A stretch of DNA of 64,000 nucleotides from an uncultured cyanobacterium. GTDB taxonomy: Bacteria > Cyanobacteriota > Cyanobacteriia > Cyanobacteriales > Cyanobacteriaceae. Positions 11,273-23,621 of this stretch are shown here, in pieces. The translations under genes and the position numbers were made by a program. How positions within the stretch are numbered: the first letter of the stretch is position 1; each line of letters starts with the position of its first letter. The stretch spans positions 480,001 through 544,000 of the forward strand of contig CAVQBA010000004.1 of NCBI GenBank assembly GCA_963710605.1, in the 5' to 3' direction. A model generated the notes under the pieces. It was not told the origin of the DNA, did not search any database, and saw only the letters and a list, made by a program, of their open reading frames with translations.

Positions 11273-11375
11273 ACTCCTTACTCCTTACTCCTTGCGGTGG
11301 AAGCCCGCGTCGGCGAAAGACGCAAGGGAACGTCCACCAAGACACTCCTTACTCCTTACTCCTTACTCCTTACTC
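11273..11375. repeat. (ACTCCTT)n heptamer array interrupted by a 50-bp hairpin element at 11294-11343
   Basis: Direct reading of sequence. Confidence 0.9.
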
Positions 11376-11395
11376 AAAAAACTATCAACTATTAA

Positions 11396-12745
11396 CTATA
11401 CTAAAGAGACTAATTCTTCGGCTGAAGTAGGATGAACACAAATAGTAGCATTAAAATCAGCTTTAGTCACACCCATTTTAACAGCCACGGCTATAGCTTG
11501 AATAATTTCTGAAGCATGATTACCTACCATATGTACACCTAGTATTCGATCGTTTTCTTGATTTACCACCAACTTCATCATCGTTTTATCTTCTTTCCCT
11601 GCTAAAGTGTAATACATCGGGCGGAATTTGGTACTATAGATTTTGATTTTGTCTTTACCATATTCTTTTTCTGCTTCAGTTTGAGTCATGCCGACTGTGC
11701 CACCTTCAGGATTACTAAATACAGCGGTGGGAATATTTTCGTAACTGATAACACGAGAGTTACCACCAAAAACAGTATCGACAAACGCTCTACCTTCACT
11801 GATAGCAACTGGGGTTAGATTTTTCTGGTTAGTACAATCTCCCACGGCATAAATATTTTCGACATCGGTGCAGTTATATTTATCCGAAACAATTGAGCCT
11901 TTTTCAACTTTGACACCAGTATTTTCTAAACCAAGTTTTTGCAGACTAGGTTTTCTACCTGTTGCGGCTAAGGTAATCGCATCGGTGCTGATAACTAATT
12001 GCGAGTCCCCTTTGAGGGTAATGTTATATCCGCCTTCAGTTTTCTCGATTTTTTGTGGTTCACTGTTGTAAAGAAACTTAATACCGTGTCGTTGCATATG
12101 TTCGGTAATAGTCTTACTTAAATCGTCATCAAATCCTTTTAAAATACGATCGCCTCGTAATACCATTGTGACATCAGAGCCTAATTTATTCATGATACAA
12201 GCAAACTCAACACCAATATAGCCACCACCAATGATAACTACATTTTGAGGTTGTTCGGTTAGTTTAAACATATCATCAGAAACGATCGCATGATCAATTC
12301 CAGCGAAATCTGGTTTGACAGGATGCCCACCTACAGCAATCAAAATTTTATCGGCTGTAATTTGACGCTCGTTTATTTCTACTGTATGGTTATCAACAAA
12401 ACGAGCATACCCACGAATAATTTCGACATCCTTATCTTGCAACATTTTTTGATAGACACCATTCAGCCTTTTGATTTCAGCGTGAATCTTCTCCATCATA
12501 GTTGACCAATTAAACCGACTTTGTACATCTTCCCAACCATAACCAGATGCCTCTTCAAACAAATTAGCAAAACCAGAAGCATATACCATCAGTTTTTTAG
12601 GGATACAACCACGATTAAGACAAGTACCACCCAATTCTTGATATTCAGCAATCCCTACCTTTGCACCATATTCAGCCGCTTTTCTGGCACTAGAAACACC
12701 ACCACTACCACCACCGATAACAAAAAGATCAAAATCGTAACTCAT
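11396..12745 (-). CDS. gor: Glutathione-disulfide reductase
   Basis: GGGSGG, GGTCLNRGCIPKK, HPTSAEE. Confidence 0.96.
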   Translation of the reverse strand: MSYDFDLFVIGGGSGGVSSARKAAEYGAKVGIAEYQELGGTCLNRGCIPKKLMVYASGFANLFEEASGYGWEDVQSRFNWSTMMEKIHAEIKRLNGVYQKMLQDKDVEIIRGYARFVDNHTVEINERQITADKILIAVGGHPVKPDFAGIDHAIVSDDMFKLTEQPQNVVIIGGGYIGVEFACIMNKLGSDVTMVLRGDRILKGFDDDLSKTITEHMQRHGIKFLYNSEPQKIEKTEGGYNITLKGDSQLVISTDAITLAATGRKPSLQKLGLENTGVKVEKGSIVSDKYNCTDVENIYAVGDCTNQKNLTPVAISEGRAFVDTVFGGNSRVISYENIPTAVFSNPEGGTVGMTQTEAEKEYGKDKIKIYSTKFRPMYYTLAGKEDKTMMKLVVNQENDRILGVHMVGNHASEIIQAIAVAVKMGVTKADFNATICVHPTSAEELVSLV

Positions 12746-13009
12746 AACTATAATTAATTGTGATTAAATTTTCAGATACTATCTATTATTATATTCAATC
12801 AGTAAGCCAATATAGGGCTAGCTAGCTAACAACAAACAATGAACGAAAAATAATGGATACAAGCCTCGTCTTTTAATCTCTGGAAAAAAATAAAAATAAT
12901 ATTCGCACCTAGGCAAGCGTTGTACGGACGTTGCATTGCAACGTCTCTACAGGTGAAGGTAATTCTTAATTCTTAATTCTTATAGCACTGAACAATTCTC
13001 AATTTTGAT

Positions 13010-13750
13010 TTATCTCACACTCACATAATTACAATAAGTTTTAAGAGATTTATTTTCATCTATTTCAATAACTCTATAACCTGGTTGAGTATGAGAGATT
13101 TGGAAATGAGGTTGATGTCTATCAATTTGAAATATGGTTGAGGGAGTAAGAAAAACCTGTATATTATGATCAAAAAAACAACTCTCTTGATGATAATGAC
13201 CACAAAAGAATCTAAATGTTTTTTCTGGTATAGCTAAAAGTTTTTCTCTTAAAATCTGCCAGTTTTGTAGTTGATGACTATTGTCCATAAATGGTGAACC
13301 ACAAAGTAAGGTAGGATGATGAATAAAAGTAATTGTATTCTCATCAGTTGATTCTATTAACCAATTTATTTGAAAATTAGAAAGTGTTTTTTCGCTAGTA
13401 TCTAAACATAAAATATTTGTGTCTGCTAAATTCAATTGATAATTGAGTTTATTTTTCTCTAGATTAACTCGAAAAGGAAAATCAAAAACTTGCTCCATGT
13501 TATGGACATCATCGTGATTACCAGCCATCCAAACAATTTTATCTGAGAAATCTTTCGTTTTTTGAGCTAACCATTGATAGGCTTTTAAATTACCTTTGTC
13601 ACTTATATCTCCTGAAAAGATGATCAGATCAAAATTTTCTTTTTCCAGAGTTTGTTGTAAAACTAACGACAATTTTCCGTAAGCATCATATCCATGAGTT
13701 GTCGGTTTTTCATCCAGATGAGTATCTGTAATTTGTAATATTTTTTTCAT
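13010..13750 (-). CDS. Calcineurin-like metallophosphoesterase (CpdA/Icc-like)
   Basis: TDTH, GDISD, GNHD, HHP, GHYH motifs. Confidence 0.88.
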   Translation of the reverse strand: MKKILQITDTHLDEKPTTHGYDAYGKLSLVLQQTLEKENFDLIIFSGDISDKGNLKAYQWLAQKTKDFSDKIVWMAGNHDDVHNMEQVFDFPFRVNLEKNKLNYQLNLADTNILCLDTSEKTLSNFQINWLIESTDENTITFIHHPTLLCGSPFMDNSHQLQNWQILREKLLAIPEKTFRFFCGHYHQESCFFDHNIQVFLTPSTIFQIDRHQPHFQISHTQPGYRVIEIDENKSLKTYCNYVSVR

Positions 13751-14028
13751 TGCTTATTTCGATGATAAAAAGAGCAAAATCACAACTGATAACGATCGAT
13801 AATTGCGATTAAATGTTTAGAGATTTCCTATCATTATATTCAATCGGTGAAGCAATCATTTTACCCTTTTTTCAACTAACTACATACGATCGATTTTTAA
13901 TTGAGATAACAAAAACTTAAGACGATTTCGATCGACTACATACAAATATCCTAATAAAGTTTACAACCCACCTTGAATTCGGTCATTTAAGGCTAACAGC
14001 AAAACGTTTAATAAATTAAATTAAAATT

Positions 14029-14188
14029 TAGTCATTTCAATTAAGATTAAGACAGTAATAATAACCCTGAAGCCAAGGTATTAAAACCGCCTTGAACTAT
14101 CGTGCAAGGCTAATATCCTGTTCGTTTAATAAATTAAACTTAAATTCAGGTACAGTAAAGTCTCTCATTTTTATTTGAAACAACTATA
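14029..14188. mobile_element. ~160-bp MITE family copy (partial extra copy immediately upstream, ~13966-14028)
   Basis: TAGTCATTTCAATTAAGAT...TATTTGAAACAACTATA; matches 27595-27755 and 47967-48128. Confidence 0.75.
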
Positions 14189-14267
14189 AACAATACGATC
14201 AAGTTACTTACATATTCTTCTGATATAGGGGTGTAAGGTTTGCCATGTGTTTCAACTTTATAATCAT

Positions 14268-14292
14268 AAAAAAAGGTGGGCATTGCCCACCC
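14268..14292 (-). terminator. Rho-independent terminator downstream of NDH-2 gene
   Basis: GGTGGGCA/TGCCCACC hairpin followed by a T-run on the minus strand. Confidence 0.7.
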
Positions 14293-14318
14293 TAAGATTA
14301 TTTAGATAAATTAAATGA

Positions 14319-15692
14319 TTAAACTTGAGTCGTTTCTTTTTCTTCGGTAGTTTTAGGAGTATAATGCTCATTATCAAAGGATTTATTGACAAGATTTTTC
14401 TCACTAATTTGCCCTGTAATCAGTCTTGCCCCTCTACCACGGGTGAAGTAATTCCAACCCCATTGTAATAGCACCACCAGTTTGTTATCAAATTCAATCA
14501 GATAATAAACATGAGCAAATACCCAAACAAACCAAGCAAGGAAACCAGAAAGTTTGATAAAACCTAAATCAGCAACAGCGTGATTATCACCAATAACCGC
14601 TAAACTACCTTTATCAATATATCTAAAAGCCTTTTCCGATTTACCGACTTTTTTAGCTCTAATTAACTTAGCGACATATTTACCTTCAGCCATCGCTACA
14701 GGGGCAATACCGGGTAATGGTTTTTCTCCTTGATGGGTAAAACTAGCCAAATCACCGACAACGAAGATATTCGGGTAATCTTTAATACTTAAATCTGGCT
14801 CAACAATAATTCTACCAGCTCGATCGCATTCTACATTAGTCCGTTTAGTAATCACTTCAGACATACCAGAAGCTTTAACACCCGCCGCCCACAAAATAGT
14901 TCTCGCTTTGATCGTTTCTTCGGCTTCTCCATGACGAATAGTTAAAGTGTTGTTGTCTATATTCGTCACCATTCGCTTAGTTAATACCTCTACACCTAAT
15001 TCTTCCAAAGATTCTTGAGCTTTTTGAGATAAATCTTCAGGATATGGAGGTAAAACACGATTCATCCCTTCAATTAAGATAATTCTGGCTTTGGTGGTAT
15101 CTATTTCTTGGAAATCTCTTTTGATCGTTTTATTCGCAATTTCAGCGATCGCCCCTGCTAATTCTACCCCAGTAGGGCCACCACCAACGATCGCAAAAGT
15201 TAACCATTCTTCGGTTTCTTTAGGAGAAGATAATTTTTCGGCTTCTTCAAAAGCGAGGAAGACTTTACGACGAATATCAAGGGCATTCTCAATACTTTTT
15301 AGCCCTGGTGCGTCTTTTTCCCAATGCTCGTTACCAAAATAATGGTGGCTCACCCCTGTACCGATAATTAAATGATCGTACTCTAATACGCCTTCTCGCA
15401 TCACTACTTGTTTTTCTTCGGGGCGAATATCAACAACTTCATCCAAAACAACACGAGTATTTTTGTTTCTACCAACAATTAATCTTAAAGGAGAACAAAT
15501 TTCGGCGGGGGATAAACTACCTGTAGCGACTTGATACAGTAAAGGTTGGAATAAATGAAAATTACGTTTGTCAATCAAAGTGATTTGTACAGGTGCATTA
15601 CCTAATTCTTTAGCGGCATATAAACCAGCAAAACCACCACCGACTATTACCACATGAGGTCGATCGGATTTTTGAGAAAAATGATTATACAT
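14319..15692 (-). CDS. Type II NADH dehydrogenase (NDH-2, Ndb family)
   Basis: GGGFAG, FQPLLYQVATG, GGGPTGVELAG, WAAGV. Confidence 0.92.
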   Translation of the reverse strand: MYNHFSQKSDRPHVVIVGGGFAGLYAAKELGNAPVQITLIDKRNFHLFQPLLYQVATGSLSPAEICSPLRLIVGRNKNTRVVLDEVVDIRPEEKQVVMREGVLEYDHLIIGTGVSHHYFGNEHWEKDAPGLKSIENALDIRRKVFLAFEEAEKLSSPKETEEWLTFAIVGGGPTGVELAGAIAEIANKTIKRDFQEIDTTKARIILIEGMNRVLPPYPEDLSQKAQESLEELGVEVLTKRMVTNIDNNTLTIRHGEAEETIKARTILWAAGVKASGMSEVITKRTNVECDRAGRIIVEPDLSIKDYPNIFVVGDLASFTHQGEKPLPGIAPVAMAEGKYVAKLIRAKKVGKSEKAFRYIDKGSLAVIGDNHAVADLGFIKLSGFLAWFVWVFAHVYYLIEFDNKLVVLLQWGWNYFTRGRGARLITGQISEKNLVNKSFDNEHYTPKTTEEKETTQV

Positions 15693-16169
15693 AGTCTAGT
15701 TTGTCTAGTTTAAAAAAAATGAAAAGCTATTTTACTTATTTAGTATTAACTCTTACAGTAAAGGATATAGAAAAATTTAAGAGTAATTAACCATACATTC
15801 TGGTTAAAACTTTGTCGATTAGTTTGGGCTAAATAATTGAAAATTTTGTTTATTTCAATAGATAATAACATAATAACCAACTATTTTTAATAAAACTTTA
15901 CATAGATAAAATACCCTTGAGATAAAGAGCCTAGCAATTTAGACAACTTTACTCTCAGTTACTTTTTTATTATCAATAAGATTAATTTTATTAATATTGT
16001 GTTCTTTGTAACTAAAAAATAAACTCTAATTTTGACCGTAATTATTAATTATCTATTTTCTATTTCCTATTCTCATTATTATTGATTGTCAATTAGTCCT
16101 GTCTAGTTGCAAATAAAGTCCTAAATAAAGTATGATAAATGGATAAACCATTGACAAACCAAATTATCT

Positions 16170-16679
16170 ATGTCTTTAGATATAACGACATCAATCAAGA
16201 AAAAACTAAATTCTAGAGGTTGGCGGATGACACCGCAACGAGAGAGAATTTTAGATATTTTCCACCATTTACCCCAAGGTGATCATTTAAGTGCAGAGGA
16301 GCTTCATCACGCATTGACTGAGTCAGGAGAGAAAATTAGTTTGTCAACTATTTATCGTAGTGTCAAATTAATGACGAAAATGCGAGTACTTAGAGAGTTA
16401 GAATTAGCTGAAGGTCATAAACATTATGAATTAAATCATCCTTACCCTCATCATCATCATCATATTGTTTGTATTCAATGTAATAAAACGATCGAATTTC
16501 AAAATGATTCTATTCTCAAACAAAGTCTCAAACAATGCGAGAAAGAAGATTTTCAATTAATAGATTGCCAATTAACTGTAATGACTATTTGTAAAGAAGC
16601 GGTAGAAATGGGTTGGCCTTCAACTTTACCTGATAAATGGTGTTGTAGTCAAGCTATCGTAGATAAAGCAAATCACTAA
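16170..16679 (+). CDS. fur: Ferric uptake regulator family protein (FurA-like)
   Basis: HLSAEEL, STIYR, HHHHHIVCIQC, CxxC-type Zn site. Confidence 0.88.
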   Translation: MSLDITTSIKKKLNSRGWRMTPQRERILDIFHHLPQGDHLSAEELHHALTESGEKISLSTIYRSVKLMTKMRVLRELELAEGHKHYELNHPYPHHHHHIVCIQCNKTIEFQNDSILKQSLKQCEKEDFQLIDCQLTVMTICKEAVEMGWPSTLPDKWCCSQAIVDKANH

Positions 16680-16828
16680 CTACTGACAATTGATGACTAT
16701 CTTTTTGTCAGTATCAAATTAAAGTTAAATACATTATTTAAGATTAACCATTAACTAAACTCTATACGATCGTTTTTTTAAGCTAACCATAACAATAGCC
16801 AAAACTTTATTTCAACCAACATCAACAG

Positions 16829-17569
16829 TTAATTATCAACTGGTAAATCAAATAACACAGAATTTAAATAATTTTCTGCCCATTCTACACCAAAAGCTTT
16901 TTCCAGAACTTTTCTAGTTTTATCATTTTGTTGTTGTTGGAGGCAGTAATTTTTTTGTCCTTGTAAATAAACAAGTTTTTCTGTTTCTGAAACAGGAGTA
17001 GATGCCACCGCAATCTGGCAATGAATAGTTAAAAAATCTTCAACTCGATTGAGAAACAATCTTTCCTCTTCTTCATCAGCAGGGCGAATAAATAAACAAT
17101 AAGGAGAAAAAATATCTCCCCATGCAGGTAAATCTCTAGTTTCACTAAAATTCGGGTTACCTAAATCTGATAACAACTTTTGATATTGCGGTGATAAGGT
17201 TTTATCTTCACTTGTAGGAGACAAATCCACAATCGCTGCACTGATTCCCACTTTCCCCGCCACAATATCACAACCAAACATCGGTAAAGGATAATTTGTA
17301 TTAGGAAACATCACACAATGAAGAATATCAAGGTTTTTACCAACTTTTGCTAACTCCAAGTGCATTTTACGAAATTGAGGGGTTTGGTGACAACGATTTT
17401 TGATGGTTAATCTTTCTCCTTCTAAGTCACCTTCTACATAACCTAATCCTAATGGTAGTTGGTAAGGTGATAAATCTAAGCAGGTTTCCCATGTTTGTAC
17501 AATTGTATCAGCTAATTGATTAATCAAAGGATGTAATCGATGTTTTAAATCAGAAGTAGAATTGACCAT
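16829..17569 (-). CDS. pcyA: Phycocyanobilin:ferredoxin oxidoreductase
   Basis: [33 protein letters not shown]. Confidence 0.96.
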   Translation of the reverse strand: MVNSTSDLKHRLHPLINQLADTIVQTWETCLDLSPYQLPLGLGYVEGDLEGERLTIKNRCHQTPQFRKMHLELAKVGKNLDILHCVMFPNTNYPLPMFGCDIVAGKVGISAAIVDLSPTSEDKTLSPQYQKLLSDLGNPNFSETRDLPAWGDIFSPYCLFIRPADEEEERLFLNRVEDFLTIHCQIAVASTPVSETEKLVYLQGQKNYCLQQQQNDKTRKVLEKAFGVEWAENYLNSVLFDLPVDN

Positions 17570-17855
17570 AAAAAATCTTAGGAATAATAATAGTTAGTTG
17601 ATAATTGAGCGTGAATATTTGAGTCTTGATGATAATTGTCTTACTCTATATTCTACATTTTCGATCGTGACACCGTTAATTAGTATAGTAAAGTTGTGGT
17701 TTCATCGTCAGGATATTGTTTTTTTTAATTAATATTTTTTAATAAATTTAGACTTAATTCGCCAAATTATTCAAGTAGATATCTTGATTTCCCCACTATG
17801 AAGTATATTTGTAAGGAAATGATAAACTAATCTTTTATTGTTAATCCTTAATTGA

Positions 17856-19190
17856 TCATAAATCCAAAATCAATTGTTCAATCACTGATTCTCTTAAATC
17901 TTCTTTCCAAAACAAAGATAACTTGTTATATACCGAGTCTTTAAATTTCTTGATAATCATTTTATGATCGTTATATTCAGACTTGAGTAAGAAAAATTTC
18001 TCGTTACCGTTTGTTTCTACTTCCGAAACCGTAAAAATATCTAAACCAATTAAAGATAACAAACAATGATTAATATTTTCGCTTTCAATTTCACTATAAA
18101 GAAGATTAATTTCTTCTAAAATTGTTTCTAAAGTATATTCTTGCTGATTTAAACAAGCAATACAAGCCGTAATTTTAAGAAAATTTGCGGAATTTATTAT
18201 CCTGATACGAGGGTTTCCTGTTGCTAAAATAGATTGATAATTTTCGACTGAATGTAAAAAGTCATCACCTAAAAAAGGTAATGGTTCAAATTCTTTGACA
18301 TCTGTATCACGAAAAGCTATTTTAGTTTGAAATTTATCTGAAGTGACTACTTTTAAATTTGTCTCACGGCAAATGTATTGTAAAAACTGAATAAATTTTG
18401 ATAAACCAATTCGAGCAGAATCAAAGTTTTCGATTCCGTATTTAAACGCTTCTTTCATTACCGAAAGATGAATTCCTGCGTGAGATAATTCTCTATTTCC
18501 TTCTTCGTCTTTAATAAACCAATCTAATATTTTTAATGATTGTTCAATAATATCTTGACGGTTATTACTAGATAATCTGGGAATAGATTGAGACATTTTA
18601 AGAACTAAAGGATTAGTAATTTTCAGAGTTTTTTCGAGTTCTTTTTTTTCTTCGTCTAATTCTTCTTCTGGTTCTTCAATTCCGATAAAATGGTCACAAA
18701 TTGATTCTAAAATATAGTTAGTTGATGACTTGTAACCACAACCGATTACATACTTACCATATTCATGTAACTTCTTGGCTACGGCGGAAAAACCACCATC
18801 ACCTGATACAATCACAAAGACATCTACAGATTCTCTGACATAAGCTAAATCGATCGCATCTACAGCTAATTGTATATCAGCGGCATTCTTTTTTTGGTAA
18901 TGAGAGAAACCAAAAATTTGAACGGGTTCAATACCTAATTCGTTTATTTCTCTTTTCATAACCGATAAACGAGAATCACTCCAATTTGCATAAGCTTTTT
19001 GGACAATAACACGACCTACATTAGGTACTTTTTTAACTTCTTTAAAAATAGTTTTTAAGGAGATACTACTAATATAGTCTTTAGAGGCATTATAGCCTTT
19101 GAGTAAATTTTCTACGTCATAAAAAATAGCCGTATTACTGTTCATCTTTTTATCCGTCACTAAAAATAAATCGCTAAAAAGAATAACCAA
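17856..19190 (-). CDS. NYN-domain (LabA/DUF88, PIN-like) protein; true start may be ATG at 19144
   Basis: FYDVENL, KNAADIQLAVDA, VSGDGGFS. Confidence 0.85.
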   Translation of the reverse strand: MVILFSDLFLVTDKKMNSNTAIFYDVENLLKGYNASKDYISSISLKTIFKEVKKVPNVGRVIVQKAYANWSDSRLSVMKREINELGIEPVQIFGFSHYQKKNAADIQLAVDAIDLAYVRESVDVFVIVSGDGGFSAVAKKLHEYGKYVIGCGYKSSTNYILESICDHFIGIEEPEEELDEEKKELEKTLKITNPLVLKMSQSIPRLSSNNRQDIIEQSLKILDWFIKDEEGNRELSHAGIHLSVMKEAFKYGIENFDSARIGLSKFIQFLQYICRETNLKVVTSDKFQTKIAFRDTDVKEFEPLPFLGDDFLHSVENYQSILATGNPRIRIINSANFLKITACIACLNQQEYTLETILEEINLLYSEIESENINHCLLSLIGLDIFTVSEVETNGNEKFFLLKSEYNDHKMIIKKFKDSVYNKLSLFWKEDLRESVIEQLILDL

Positions 19191-19764
19191 AACAAAACTA
19201 TAAAAGATAAAATTTATTGTCTAAATATGACTATATTTTAAAAATAATAGTAGTTTAAGATAATCAATTTAGTTTAAGGAAATTCTTTTCTTTTATGATA
19301 GTGTTTTTTTCAGTTAAATAAAGTTTATTTAATAAATTTATAATTATTGGATAATTTAAAGAATTGACAATTGATAATTCCGGAAATGGTGATTGATAAA
19401 ACTAATATCTCTCTATTCCCAACTCAGTTGATTTGAGGTCAAAAATTGTTAATCGGCAAAAAATAAGTTTTTGTAATTTATGGTTGTTGGGTTTCATCAC
19501 TTCAACCCAACCTACAAGTAAATAATGTGCAAATATAAATTTTCAATCATCGTGGACTTTTTTTCTTTAATATTTCGTTACCATAAAATAATCAACCAAA
19601 TATATAGTAACCGTCGGTATTAAACAACAATCGATCGAGGATTTTTGATTTTTGCTTATTGAATCTCAAAGATAATCAAAACCTCGTTTTTGACTTTTAA
19701 TTTTTGGCTTACGCTATATAAAAAATAAATTGAATTTAAAATAGAAACCATCTCTTCAGATATT

Positions 19765-22710
19765 ATGCTTGAATTAGAGAATCTCCATAGTACAACTACA
19801 ACCTCAGAAAACTCGACCAAAACAATACCTAATCATAACTTAGTCGTATTACCTCAAGAGCAATTTGATGAGCGTCATATAGGCATTACATCAACTACCC
19901 AACAAACGATGTTAAAGGCGTTAGGCTATGAAGATTTAGATAGTTTAATTAACGATACCGTACCTGAGTCTATACGTTTACATAAATCTCTAGATTTACC
20001 TTCTGCCCAAACCCAATCTCAAGCTTTACAAACCATAGCCAAAATTGCTGATAAAAATCAAGTATATCGATCGTTAATCGGTATGGGTTATCATAACTGT
20101 ATTACTCCTGCGGTAATTCAAAGAAACATCTTAGAAAACCCTAATTGGTACACAGCTTATACTCCGTATCAACCCGAAATTGCTCAAGGAAGATTAGAAG
20201 CACTATTGAACTTTCAAACCATGATTATGGAATTGACGGGTTTAGAAATTGCTAATGCGTCACTTTTAGACGAAGCTACCGCAGTCGCCGAAGCAATGAC
20301 GATGAGTTATAGTGTATCTAAAAGTAAAGCTGATGATTTTTTTGTTGATTCTAACTGTCATCCGCAAACGATCGAAGTTCTTAAAACTAGAGCTAAATAT
20401 CAAGATATTAATTTAATCATTGGTAATCCGCAAACCTTTGATTTCACAACACCTGTCTTCGGTTGTGTCTTACAATATCCCTCTACAGATGGCACTATTG
20501 TAGATTATAGCGACGTTATTAAGCTAGTTCATCAGCAAAAAGGATTAGTTACCTTTGCCTGTGATTTACTGAGTTTAGCCTTACTCAAATCTCCTGCCGA
20601 ATTAGGAGTTGATATCGCTGTCGGAAATAGTCAACGTTTTGGTGTACCCTTAGGTTATGGTGGACCTCATGCTGGATTTTTTGCCACTCGCAAACAATAT
20701 CAAAGACAAATACCAGGTAGGATTGTCGGTGTTTCTAAAGATGTTCACGGCAAACCTGCACTAAGACTTGCTTTACAAACTAGAGAGCAACATATTCGTC
20801 GGGATAAAGCCACTAGTAATATTTGTACCGCACAAGTACTTTTAGCTGTTATCGCTTCTAGTTATGCTGTCTATCACGGGCAAACAGGAATTAAAAATAT
20901 CGCTACACGAGTTCATACTTTAAGCAAACTTTTAGCTAGTGGTTTAACTAAGTTAGGTTACAGACTTCGATCGAATAACTTTTTTGATACCATTACAATA
21001 GATAAACTCGATCGTGATTTGGTTTCAAATATCCATCAACAAGCCGAGCAACAGCAAATAAACTTCCGTTACTACGATGATAATGCTATCGGTATTAGTT
21101 TAGATGAAATAAGTACGATCGAGGAAATAAAGTTAATTTGGTCAATATTTGCTCAAAAACAAGAGATTAACTTTGAGATACAACAATTAGCGATCGATAA
21201 GCTTGGTATTCCTACCTCTTTAACTAGAAAAAGTAGTTTTCTCACCAAATCTGTTTTTAACCTGTATCATAGCGAAACCGAATTACTACGTTACCTTCAT
21301 CGGTTAGAAAGTAAAGATTTATCCTTGACAACTTCTATGATAGCTTTAGGCTCATGTACGATGAAATTAAATGCCACCGCTGAGATGTTACCGATTAGTT
21401 GGGCAACCTTTAATAATATTCATCCTTTCGCCCCGTTATCTCAAACAGAAGGCTATCAAACTTTATGCCAACAATTAGAAGTATGGTTAAGCGAAATTAC
21501 AGGATTTGCCGGTATCTCTTTACAACCTAATGCCGGCTCACAAGGAGAGTATGCAGGATTACAAGTCATTCGTCAATATCATCATAGCAGAGGGGAAGAC
21601 GATCGTCATATTTGTCTTATTCCCGAATCTGCTCATGGTACAAATCCAGCCAGTGCGGTAATGTGTGGATTGAAAGTAATTGCCATTAAATGCGATAAAC
21701 AAGGTGATATAGATATTAACGACTTGCAAACCAAAGCTGAAAAATACGCTGATAAATTAGCCGCTTTGATGATTACTTATCCATCTACTCATGGAGTGTT
21801 TGAAACTAAAATCAAAGATGTTTGTCAATTAATCCATCAATATGGAGGGCAAGTTTATCTTGATGGAGCGAATATGAATGCTCAAGTTGGTTTATGTCGC
21901 CCTGGTGATTTTGGTGCTGATGTTTGTCATCTAAATCTACACAAAACATTCTGTATTCCTCATGGTGGAGGTGGTCCAGGTGTTGGTCCAATTGGCGTTA
22001 TGGCTCACTTATTACCTTTTTTACCTGCTACTAATTTAGACAATACTAGTGATGAGAATAATCAATCTATCGGTTGGATTTCTGCCGCCCCTTGGGGTAG
22101 TGCCAGTATTTTACCTATTTCTTGGATGTACATTGCCATGATGGGTGGTAAAGGTTTAACTCAAGCGACAAAAATAGCGATTTTGAATGCCAACTATATT
22201 GCCAAGCGTCTGGCTGATTATTACCCGATTTTGTTTACTGGTAAAAATGGTTTGGTTGCCCATGAATGTATTATCGATTTACGTCCATTTCGTAATTCTG
22301 CTGGGGTAACTGTTGAGGATGTGGCTAAACGTTTGATTGATTATGGTTTTCACGCACCAACTATGTCATGGCCAGTTAATGGTACGATGATGATTGAGCC
22401 GACTGAAAGTGAGTCTTTGCCTGAAATCGATCGTTTCTGTGAAGCGATGATTAGTATCTATCAAGAAATAAAATCGATCGTTGATGGTAATATAACCTCT
22501 GAAGATAATTGGCTAAAAAATGCTCCTCATACCGCCGAAAGTTTAGTTAGTGATGATTGGCAACATCCTTATACTCGTCAAAGTGCGGCTTATCCTACTG
22601 ATTGGATGAGAGAAAATAAATTCTGGAGTAGCGTCGGTAGAGTTGATAATGCTTTTGGCGATCGTAATTTGGTATGCTCTTGTTTAGGCATGGAAAACTA
22701 TAAGAGTTAA
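19765..22710 (+). CDS. gcvP: Glycine dehydrogenase (glycine cleavage P protein)
   Basis: [32 protein letters not shown]. Confidence 0.98.
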   Translation: MLELENLHSTTTTSENSTKTIPNHNLVVLPQEQFDERHIGITSTTQQTMLKALGYEDLDSLINDTVPESIRLHKSLDLPSAQTQSQALQTIAKIADKNQVYRSLIGMGYHNCITPAVIQRNILENPNWYTAYTPYQPEIAQGRLEALLNFQTMIMELTGLEIANASLLDEATAVAEAMTMSYSVSKSKADDFFVDSNCHPQTIEVLKTRAKYQDINLIIGNPQTFDFTTPVFGCVLQYPSTDGTIVDYSDVIKLVHQQKGLVTFACDLLSLALLKSPAELGVDIAVGNSQRFGVPLGYGGPHAGFFATRKQYQRQIPGRIVGVSKDVHGKPALRLALQTREQHIRRDKATSNICTAQVLLAVIASSYAVYHGQTGIKNIATRVHTLSKLLASGLTKLGYRLRSNNFFDTITIDKLDRDLVSNIHQQAEQQQINFRYYDDNAIGISLDEISTIEEIKLIWSIFAQKQEINFEIQQLAIDKLGIPTSLTRKSSFLTKSVFNLYHSETELLRYLHRLESKDLSLTTSMIALGSCTMKLNATAEMLPISWATFNNIHPFAPLSQTEGYQTLCQQLEVWLSEITGFAGISLQPNAGSQGEYAGLQVIRQYHHSRGEDDRHICLIPESAHGTNPASAVMCGLKVIAIKCDKQGDIDINDLQTKAEKYADKLAALMITYPSTHGVFETKIKDVCQLIHQYGGQVYLDGANMNAQVGLCRPGDFGADVCHLNLHKTFCIPHGGGGPGVGPIGVMAHLLPFLPATNLDNTSDENNQSIGWISAAPWGSASILPISWMYIAMMGGKGLTQATKIAILNANYIAKRLADYYPILFTGKNGLVAHECIIDLRPFRNSAGVTVEDVAKRLIDYGFHAPTMSWPVNGTMMIEPTESESLPEIDRFCEAMISIYQEIKSIVDGNITSEDNWLKNAPHTAESLVSDDWQHPYTRQSAAYPTDWMRENKFWSSVGRVDNAFGDRNLVCSCLGMENYKS

Positions 22711-22876
22711 GAGTTAAGAGTTAAAAGTTAAGAGTTAAGAGTTTCGTAGGTTGGGTTGAGCTTCAAAACACTCTATATATAAATGATAGATAAACAAAGC
22801 GAAACCCAACACCTAATAAATACTTTATGCAATTTAATTTATGATAAGTGTTGCCACTATAACGTAAAAAAAGATA

Positions 22877-22900
22877 AGGGCAGAATAATATTCTGCCCCT
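22877..22900. terminator. Hairpin between convergent gcvP and phosphatase genes
   Basis: AGGGCAGAATA/TATTCTGCCC inverted repeat. Confidence 0.55.
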
Positions 22901-22913
22901 ACAATAAAAATTA

Positions 22914-23543
22914 TTAATTATCCAAATGCGATACATCCCCATTTAAAACTAATTGCCATTCTTCTTCGTCACTTTGAATTAGTTTCGTTAATGAGCAAAG
23001 TGAAGTTTTAATGGTTTCTTGATTATTACTCTTACCAAGTAATCCTTTAGCTATTCCTAAAACGGATATTTGATGCCCGATTAATAATAGATTACCTGAA
23101 AATTCTGAAGTGAGATAATGGGCAGTTAATTTCATTCTGTTTAATACTTGTGCTTCGGTTTCTGGATACTGAGGTACAATTTTCGATCGATAACTGGTAT
23201 CAATACGAGGATACAAAGGTTTTAATTCTGATAAAGGATGAATCTGCGGTGATTCACTCATCCATTCGCCATTATGCCATTCACTTAAACCTGCTTCTAA
23301 TTGAATTGATAAATCAAGGGTTTGAGCGATAATATGTGCTGTTTGAATAGTACGCAAAAAAGGAGAAGCAACAATATAATCTATTTTTTCGTTAGCTAAT
23401 CGATCGGCTAATTGTTGAGCTTGTATTTCACCGTCACTATATAAAGGAGGATCATATCTTCTTTTGGCGGTGTCAAACCATTCAGGATGAACAAAATCTA
23501 GTCTATTTCCGTGTCTAGCAATAAGTAGTTGAGAAGAAGACAT
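22914..23543 (-). CDS. Histidine phosphatase (phosphoglycerate mutase family)
   Basis: RHG motif, SPFLRTIQTA, GH. Confidence 0.9.
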   Translation of the reverse strand: MSSSQLLIARHGNRLDFVHPEWFDTAKRRYDPPLYSDGEIQAQQLADRLANEKIDYIVASPFLRTIQTAHIIAQTLDLSIQLEAGLSEWHNGEWMSESPQIHPLSELKPLYPRIDTSYRSKIVPQYPETEAQVLNRMKLTAHYLTSEFSGNLLLIGHQISVLGIAKGLLGKSNNQETIKTSLCSLTKLIQSDEEEWQLVLNGDVSHLDN

Positions 23544-23621
23544 TTGATAATTGATACTTAAAAGTATATTTTATTGTGAATTATTGTAGTAAAATTTTTA
23601 TTTTTAACATAACTTAGAATA

